Virus record (IMG/VR): IMGVR_UViG_3300013126_000009
DNA length: 64,000 bases
Strand: one strand, 5' to 3'
Origin: a virus
Lineage: Duplodnaviria > Heunggongvirae > Uroviricota > Caudoviricetes
Shown here one piece after another: positions 57,770 to 64,000 of the stretch. Both the position numbers and the translations under genes were made by a program. The stretch's first letter is position 1. Every line of letters begins with the position of its first letter. The notes beneath the pieces are model-generated. The model was given only the letters and a program-made list of their open reading frames with translations, made no database searches and was not told the origin of the DNA.

Positions 57770-59179
57770 ATGAGTAAAATTGAAAAAACTAATTTTAATT
57801 ATCTAGGTGTTGATTATCAATATAGTTTGATAAACCAAATCATTGTTGATACTAAATTTGGTGAGGGTATCATAGACGCTATTGACCCAAATTATTTTGA
57901 AACAGTGGACCTTAAAAATATTGTTGCTGAGATTAGGAATATTAAAGATTCTTACGGTTCAATACCAGACTATCCGACCTTAGAGTTGAAATTAAAGCAA
58001 AGTAACGATAGTATTGTACTTAACTTTGTTTTAGCTAGTTTAGATAAAGTTAGGGGTTTAACAGTAAAAACACCTAAATTAATACAGGAAGAGGCTATTA
58101 AATTCTGTAAACAACAAGAGTTAAGTAAAGCTGTCAAAAAAATACAAAAATTAATTGATGGTGGTAAATCTAGTGATTTTGATACCGCCAATGAAATTAT
58201 AAAAAAAGCGTTGGATGTTGGATATACTAAAGAGGACGATACGACCTTATTTGATGGTATGGAAGAGGTTTTAGCGGATGATTATCGAAATCCAATCTCA
58301 ACTGGTATACCAAAATTGGATGAAATTATGAATGGTGGTCTGTCAAAGACGGAATTAGCGGTTGTTGTTGCGCCATTCGGGATTGGCAAAACTACCTTAG
58401 CTACTAAACTGGCAAATAGCGCATTTAATAACGGTTACAATGTACTTCAAATCTTCTTTGAAGACCAACCTAAAGTAATTAAAAGAAAACACTATTCGTG
58501 TTGGACCAAGATTGAATTAAATAATTTAGGGTTATTTAGGGATGAGGTTATCACCAAAGTAAAGGAAATGGAGCAAAACTCTAAAGGTAACCTTAAACTG
58601 AAAAGATTTGCTAGTGATGGAACAACGATTAAAACAATTAGAAAATATATTGATAAGAAAATTTCAGAAGGTTTCAGACCAGATTTAATTATATTGGATT
58701 ATATTGATTGTATTCAACCATCTAAGAAATTCGATGATTATTATGCTGGTGAAGGTAATGTTATGCGTGAATTTGAAACAATGATATTAGACCTTAATAT
58801 GGCTGGATGGACATTTGTTCAAGGTAATCGAAGTTCAATAAAGGCTGATGTTGTTGAGGCTGACCAAATTGGTGGTTCAATTAAAAAAGGTCAAATTGGT
58901 CACTTTATTATGAGTATAGCTAAAAGTTTAACACAAAAAGAAAGTGGCCATGCTAATATTGCGATACTTAAATCTAGATTTGGTAGAGACGGTTTGGTGT
59001 TCCAAGATTGCATTTTTGATAACTCTAAAATTCAGATTGAAATCGGTGAAGAGCAAAACGCTGTAACATCCTTTGAAGCTAAGACTGGTATAAATGGTGG
59101 TAACCAAGCTATTATTAGTAATGCTTTAGATAGAATTAAAGCCGCAAAACAACTTGAAAGCGGTCAAATAATTGATTAA
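57770..59179 (+). CDS. Replicative DnaB-like helicase (T4 gp41-like)
   Basis: ISTG...LD...GG, Walker A APFGIGKT, ILDYID, QGNR and KSRFG. Confidence 0.93.
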   Translation: MSKIEKTNFNYLGVDYQYSLINQIIVDTKFGEGIIDAIDPNYFETVDLKNIVAEIRNIKDSYGSIPDYPTLELKLKQSNDSIVLNFVLASLDKVRGLTVKTPKLIQEEAIKFCKQQELSKAVKKIQKLIDGGKSSDFDTANEIIKKALDVGYTKEDDTTLFDGMEEVLADDYRNPISTGIPKLDEIMNGGLSKTELAVVVAPFGIGKTTLATKLANSAFNNGYNVLQIFFEDQPKVIKRKHYSCWTKIELNNLGLFRDEVITKVKEMEQNSKGNLKLKRFASDGTTIKTIRKYIDKKISEGFRPDLIILDYIDCIQPSKKFDDYYAGEGNVMREFETMILDLNMAGWTFVQGNRSSIKADVVEADQIGGSIKKGQIGHFIMSIAKSLTQKESGHANIAILKSRFGRDGLVFQDCIFDNSKIQIEIGEEQNAVTSFEAKTGINGGNQAIISNALDRIKAAKQLESGQIID

Positions 59180-59194
59180 TAAAAAAAAAATATA

Positions 59195-60148
59195 ATGTAT
59201 TTAAGAAATAAAGACGTAGGTAAGAGATATTCGATATTCCCAATAACCCATAATGACATTTGGGAAAGATATAAGAATGCTGAATCACAAACGTGGGTAG
59301 CTGAAGAGATAGACCTAAGTAAAGATAGGTTTGATGAACTTAAAGATAATGAAAAAACTTATCTTAAGAATATATTGGCGTTTTTTGCCATATCTGATGG
59401 TTTAGTCATTGACAATCTTGCAACTAATTTTCTAAATGAAGTAGAGATATTGGAAGCCCAATATTTTTACGGTCATCAAACTTTCATTGAACAAGTACAT
59501 GCCAATGGATATTCATTATTAATAGATACATATATTAAGGACTTAATTGAACGAGACGCATTATTTAATTCAATGGAAACAAATCCAGCAGTTAATAAAA
59601 AAGCTGCTTGGGCTGAAAATTGGATTGAACACCCGTCATTTGCCCATAGATTGGTGGCGTTTGCGTGTGTAGAGGGTATTTCATTTGCCAGCGTATTTTC
59701 TGGTGTATTTTGGTTCAGAAGTCGTAATAAAATGCCAGGTCTTGGAAGTATGAATGAACTAATACTTAGAGACGAAACAACACATTATGAGTTCGCTCTT
59801 AATCTTTATAAGGAATATCTAAAAGATAATTATAAACTATCAAAATCAGAACTTAGAAATATAATACTTGGTTGTTATGAGGTTGAGAAGATTTTTGTTG
59901 AAGAAAGTATGCCAGACGGACTTCAAGGACTAACAAAATCAGATATGGTTAAATATGTTCAGTATGTAACAGATATTGTTTTAAGTGATTTTGGTTGTGA
60001 ACGAGAATTTAATGTTAATAATCCATTGGAGTATATGGCCAGAATAGGTCTTTCAGCTAAAAATAATTTCTTTGAAAAGAGAGATGGTGAATATACACGA
60101 GTAGAGATACCCTCATCCATGGATGGTGTTTTTGATGAAGATTTTTAA
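59195..60148 (+). CDS. nrdB: Class Ia ribonucleotide reductase beta subunit
   Basis: W..EE.D...D, FFA.SD, EQVH...Y (radical Tyr), VEGI.F, RDE..H and NFFE motifs. Confidence 0.96.
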   Translation: MYLRNKDVGKRYSIFPITHNDIWERYKNAESQTWVAEEIDLSKDRFDELKDNEKTYLKNILAFFAISDGLVIDNLATNFLNEVEILEAQYFYGHQTFIEQVHANGYSLLIDTYIKDLIERDALFNSMETNPAVNKKAAWAENWIEHPSFAHRLVAFACVEGISFASVFSGVFWFRSRNKMPGLGSMNELILRDETTHYEFALNLYKEYLKDNYKLSKSELRNIILGCYEVEKIFVEESMPDGLQGLTKSDMVKYVQYVTDIVLSDFGCEREFNVNNPLEYMARIGLSAKNNFFEKRDGEYTRVEIPSSMDGVFDEDF

Positions 60149-60160
60149 AAAAAGATAAGA

Positions 60161-62143
60161 ATGAAAATTGTAAAAAGAGACGGTACGAAACAAAATTTTG
60201 CACCAAACAAAATATTGACTAGAATTAAAACCCAATCTAAAGGGTTAAACGTTAATCCTGATTTATTATTTCAGGAGGTAATACCATTAATTTCTGATAA
60301 TATAACAACCACTGAGGTTGATGAAATTATAGCGTTCAAAGCTGCTGATAAAATCATCCAACACCCAGACTATTCATTATTAGGTGGTAGAATATTGTTA
60401 AGTAGACAATCAAAACTAATAGGTAAAGAATTACAAGAGGTTGACCTAACTTATGACTTTTTTGGTGCTACAACATTCTTAACCAAATATTCAATGAAGA
60501 GTGACGATAATTCACCAATTGAATTACCATCTTGTATGTATAATAGGGTAGCTTCATTTTTATCCGAAACACCAATTGAAAAGAGAAAATTATTAGACGA
60601 ATTAAATTCAAAAAGGGTTAACTTTGCAACACCAACATATACCAATGCTGGTATAGAAAAACGTGGTGGTATGATTAGCTGCAACTTGACTCATTTAGAA
60701 TCTGACACTATTGAAGGAATCGAAGAAACATTAACAAAGATTTCTTATGCCTCAAAAGAAGGTTCTGGTATTGGTTTACTTATTGACCCAATCAGAAGCA
60801 AAGATAGTTATGTAAGTTCTTTTAATGGTAAAGCTGGTGGTGTGGTAAGGTTAGCTGATATGGTTCAATCTAAGATGCGATTCTATAAGCAAGGTTCACG
60901 CTCTGGAAGTTGTGCTTTGTATCTATCAGTATGGCATAGAGATATCATTGATTTTCTTGAATTAACACTTCCTGTTGGTGATGAGCAATTAAGAACTAGA
61001 GATTTGTTTACGGCTGTTGTAATAAATGACCTATTCATGGAGAAATTACAATCAGGGGAAGATTGGTATATATTCTGTCCAAACGACATTAAAAAAGCTG
61101 GTTTAAGACCACTATATGACTTATATGGTGACGAATTTGTTATGGAGTATAATAAAGCTGTTGAATTGGGTATAGGTAAAGCAATTAACCCTAAAAAGAT
61201 ATTTGATGCGATAATTAAATCACAAGTGGAAAGTGGTAAGCCATATGTTATGTTCAAAGATAACGCCAATAAAAGAAACATGCAAGACAATATTGGTGTT
61301 ATTAAACAAAGTAATCTTTGCATAGAAATTTTTCAAGCAAGCAAACCAAATTACACACCGCAATGCACATTAGCATCATTAAATTTAGCTGAACATTCAG
61401 ATTTGAAATCAATAGCTAAAAGTACCAGAGTACTGGTTAGAGCTTTAAATCGTGTTATTGATAAGAATAAGTGGTCTGATGAATGGAGTAAGAACGCTGG
61501 TGTTAACCAAAGAGCATTAGCAATCGGTGTTGCTGGTATGGCTGATTTCTTTGCAAAGAAAAAAATATCTTATGAATCAGAAGAAGCCAAACAATGGAAT
61601 AATGACATTTTTGAAACAATGTATAAAGCTGCGGTACTTGAATCTTCTAAAATTGCTGAAGAAACTGGTGAGAATTATCCAGCATGGGAAGGTAGTAGAT
61701 ACTCAAGAGGTGAAACATATATTGATGGTTGGTCACCAAATGAAAAGGGTGAACCAATACCAATGTACAATAGCCTTTTATTGGGACTAATGCCGACTGC
61801 AAGTTGTTTTGTTTCTACAGGTAAAATCAAGACTGATAAGGGTGTTTTATCATATCAAGATATCTTAAAAATGAACGGTATTGATTACGAAACTATTGAA
61901 ACACTAAATGAACAACAAGTATTTAAATTAAAAGTACCATTAAAGGTCGATAGTAGATATGGATATAGGGATATACATAATATTATCTATAACGGTAAAG
62001 TAGAAACATTAGCAATAGAAATGGAAGATGGTGAAATATTTGAATGCACACATAATCATAAATTTCTTGTTAATCGTGATGGTAAAGAGGTTTGGTTGAG
62101 AGCCGATGAGTTAAATGAAAATGATGATATTATAGAAAAATAG
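60161..62143 (+). CDS. nrdA: Ribonucleotide reductase alpha subunit N-terminal part (548 aa) fused to a split N-intein (112 aa)
   Basis: ATP-cone MKIVKRDG, ISCNL, SNLCIEI and QCTLAS, then LMPTAS|CF. Intein block A CF and block B CTHNHKFL; stop at 62141-62143. Confidence 0.95.
   Translation: MKIVKRDGTKQNFAPNKILTRIKTQSKGLNVNPDLLFQEVIPLISDNITTTEVDEIIAFKAADKIIQHPDYSLLGGRILLSRQSKLIGKELQEVDLTYDFFGATTFLTKYSMKSDDNSPIELPSCMYNRVASFLSETPIEKRKLLDELNSKRVNFATPTYTNAGIEKRGGMISCNLTHLESDTIEGIEETLTKISYASKEGSGIGLLIDPIRSKDSYVSSFNGKAGGVVRLADMVQSKMRFYKQGSRSGSCALYLSVWHRDIIDFLELTLPVGDEQLRTRDLFTAVVINDLFMEKLQSGEDWYIFCPNDIKKAGLRPLYDLYGDEFVMEYNKAVELGIGKAINPKKIFDAIIKSQVESGKPYVMFKDNANKRNMQDNIGVIKQSNLCIEIFQASKPNYTPQCTLASLNLAEHSDLKSIAKSTRVLVRALNRVIDKNKWSDEWSKNAGVNQRALAIGVAGMADFFAKKKISYESEEAKQWNNDIFETMYKAAVLESSKIAEETGENYPAWEGSRYSRGETYIDGWSPNEKGEPIPMYNSLLLGLMPTASCFVSTGKIKTDKGVLSYQDILKMNGIDYETIETLNEQQVFKLKVPLKVDSRYGYRDIHNIIYNGKVETLAIEMEDGEIFECTHNHKFLVNRDGKEVWLRADELNENDDIIEK
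61805..62143 (+). mobile_element. N-terminal half of a split intein (IntN)
   Basis: Starts with Cys1 (CFVSTGKIKT), contains the TxxH block B (CTHNH) and W.RADEL...D.I, then terminates. Confidence 0.92.
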
Positions 62144-62226
62144 TAGTGGGCATAACACTTTTTAACAGTTAAATATATTTATATAATAATAATAATAACG
62201 ATAATAACTGTTAAAACGTATTATAT

Positions 62227-63453
62227 ATGAATTTTAATTACAAACGAAATATTACTAAATACCTAAAAGAGAATGATAAAATAAACTTAAATGGTGAAGA
62301 ATTATGTATTATTAGAAAAACTTTAGGTTTAAATAAAGAGATTGACAATAATATGTTATTTTTTTATCGAATACTTCTTATGAAGTATAACGGTTTAACC
62401 TTAACTAAAATAACAAATGATTTAAATGAAATTGATGATTTTAATATGGCCAGATATTTTAAATTTATCGAATTTAAAAATAATAACCAATTTGTTGTTA
62501 ATGAAGAATTTTATAAATTAAAATATGGTAATGATTTAGGTGTAAAACTATTTAAAGAAAAAGATTTAAAAAGACTTATTAATTCACCATATAAAATAGA
62601 CTATTGGGTTAAAAAAGGTTATACACACGATGAATCTATTTTAAAGGTTAAAGAATATAAAACCAAAAAATCAACTTCATTAAAAGGTTTTATAAAGAGA
62701 CATGGTAAAAAATTAGGAAGTGAAAAATTCAAAGAATTTCAAGAAACATCAAAACACACATATGATAAGTTTATCGATAAATATGGGGAAGAAATTGGTG
62801 AAAAAAAATGGTTGAGTTATACACAATCTAAAGATTCGACTAGTTATAAATGGGCATTAAAAAAATGTAATGGTAATGTTTCCGAAGCCAATAAACTTTT
62901 AAAAGAAAGGAAAAAAAGTATTAAAACTACTTTTGAAAAAATTCTTAAAAAGTTTGATGGTGATGTTGAAAAAGCTACTATAGAATATGAAAAAATAATT
63001 AATAGTAAAACTGTTAAAATAGGTAGGGCTAGTAAAGAATCGTTAAAGATTTTAAAACCTTTTTATGAAAAACTTATTAATTGTGGTTATAAAATTGGTG
63101 ATATTAAAATGGGTGTTGAAAATAACTATGAGTTAGTTATTTATGATGTTGATACTAAAAGACCATATTTATATGATTTTGCGATTAAAAGTAAAAAAAT
63201 AATAATAGAATATAATGGAGAAGCATGGCACCCTAACTATATGAAGTTTTCAACTGACTGGTTAATGGAAAACTGGTGTCATAAAAGAAGTAAAAAAGAT
63301 GCAATTCACTTTATAAATAAAGATAAAAATAAAATAAAAATTGCTGAAGAACATGGGTATAAAATTTTAACTTTGTGGTCGTCAGATAAATTAGAAATAA
63401 ATAAAGAAAGAGTAAATAATTTTTTAAAAGAAAATAAAATATATGAAGATTAA
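62227..63453 (+). CDS. Free-standing Vsr-like (PD-(D/E)XK-type) putative homing endonuclease between the nrdA halves
   Basis: Repeated F..K(Y/H)G...G..K(F/W) helical units and C-terminal YDF....KIIIEYNGEAWH...DK.K...A...GY.ILTLW; out of frame with both nrdA halves. Confidence 0.8.
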   Translation: MNFNYKRNITKYLKENDKINLNGEELCIIRKTLGLNKEIDNNMLFFYRILLMKYNGLTLTKITNDLNEIDDFNMARYFKFIEFKNNNQFVVNEEFYKLKYGNDLGVKLFKEKDLKRLINSPYKIDYWVKKGYTHDESILKVKEYKTKKSTSLKGFIKRHGKKLGSEKFKEFQETSKHTYDKFIDKYGEEIGEKKWLSYTQSKDSTSYKWALKKCNGNVSEANKLLKERKKSIKTTFEKILKKFDGDVEKATIEYEKIINSKTVKIGRASKESLKILKPFYEKLINCGYKIGDIKMGVENNYELVIYDVDTKRPYLYDFAIKSKKIIIEYNGEAWHPNYMKFSTDWLMENWCHKRSKKDAIHFINKDKNKIKIAEEHGYKILTLWSSDKLEINKERVNNFLKENKIYED

Positions 63454-64000
63454 AAGTATTAAAGAAAATGGTGTTAAACCAACATGGGACATTGAAGTAC
63501 CAGAAATTCATGAATACATAACAGGTAACGGTTGTGTGAGTCATAATTCTGCGATTTTATTAGGTAGTTTTGAATCATTTGAACCAGTTACAGCTAATCT
63601 ATTTACCAGAAGAGTTGGTCAAGGTGAATTCTTAGTGGTTAATAAGTATCTTGTAAATGAATTGATTGAATTGGGTTTATGGGATTCTGATATGATTGAT
63701 AAGGTGATTTCTAATAAGGGTAGTATACAAACCATAATGGAAATTCCAGAAGATGTTAGATATCGATATAAGGATGTTTGGGAGATACCACAAAAAGTAT
63801 TATTAGACCTATCAATAATTAGAAATAAATATGTTGACCAATCACAATCATTAAATGTATATCACTCAGATGCTAAGTATTCAAAGATTGCCAGTGCTTT
63901 AATGTATGCTTGGAAAGGTGGACTTAAAACTGGAGTTTATTACACAAGAAGTAAGTCAAAATTAGATACAAATACAAAGTTAGCAACGTCAAAAATAAAC
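63443..64000 (+). CDS. nrdA: Split C-intein (35 aa) fused to the C-terminal part of the ribonucleotide reductase alpha subunit (runs off the window; not in the ORF track)
   Basis: Manual translation: MKIKSIKENGVKPTWDIEVPEIHEYITGNGCVSHN|SAILLGSFESFEP...VDQSQSLN...AWKGGLKTGVYYTRS. Intein blocks F/G with HN|S; NrdA EP, QSQS and KT..YY motifs. Confidence 0.95.
   Translation, partial: MKIKSIKENGVKPTWDIEVPEIHEYITGNGCVSHNSAILLGSFESFEPVTANLFTRRVGQGEFLVVNKYLVNELIELGLWDSDMIDKVISNKGSIQTIMEIPEDVRYRYKDVWEIPQKVLLDLSIIRNKYVDQSQSLNVYHSDAKYSKIASALMYAWKGGLKTGVYYTRSKSKLDTNTKLATSKIN

Noticed and set aside
62144-63442. Group I intron carrying the endonuclease within a contiguous intein
   Set aside because: Only 83 nt of AT-rich non-coding sequence is present, and the endonuclease stop overlaps the IntC start. 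This leaves no room for a recognisable ribozyme core, although RT-PCR would be needed to exclude it formally.
612-63544. Numerous short antisense or nested ORFs in the six-frame track (e.g. 612..836, 3789..4094, 37234..37707, 60883..61323, 63311..63544)
   Set aside because: They lie within or opposite well-supported genes, lack motifs, and look like shadow frames.
1-64000. tRNA or rRNA genes
   Set aside because: No cloverleaf/T-loop signatures or rRNA-like segments were noticed in the few short intergenic gaps; tRNAscan-SE would confirm.

Overview
This is an AT-rich, densely coded segment of a large (jumbo-type) contractile-tailed dsDNA phage with T4-like replication and tail genes. A Bacteroidota host is inferred from TAnnTTTG promoter boxes and A-rich leaders lacking Shine-Dalgarno sites. 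From left to right: a minus-strand glycan-synthesis cluster (about 9 glycosyltransferase-like genes plus an FkbM methyltransferase) with dUTPase and an HD-fold gene; putative head-associated proteins including a WYL-domain protein; fibre/structural genes; family B DNA polymerase, neck protein, glutaredoxin and a SNF2 helicase; a tail module (neck, tail terminator fused to an adhesin-like region, sheath, tube, chaperone pair, tape measure, baseplate, 2,100-aa hub with two muralytic domains); and a replication/nucleotide module (gp32-like SSB, RecA/UvsX, 5'-3' exonuclease, DnaB-like helicase, nrdB, nrdA). The highlight is a fractured nrdA. Its N-half ends in a 112-aa N-intein, an out-of-frame free-standing Vsr-like endonuclease gene follows, and then an ORF missing from the supplied track starts with a 35-aa C-intein fused to the rest of NrdA. 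This is a natural split intein predicted to trans-splice. Other observations: promoter-in-hairpin-loop control upstream of the endonuclease genes; a 31-bp direct-repeat-flanked endonuclease cassette; a likely +1/-2 tail-chaperone frameshift; a 1-nt break in the sheath gene; a shared ACCATA-N4-TATGGT palindrome upstream of polymerase and helicase; and a G6-N7-G6/AT-rich origin-like intergenic region. All family calls come from motif recognition by eye; no database searches were run.
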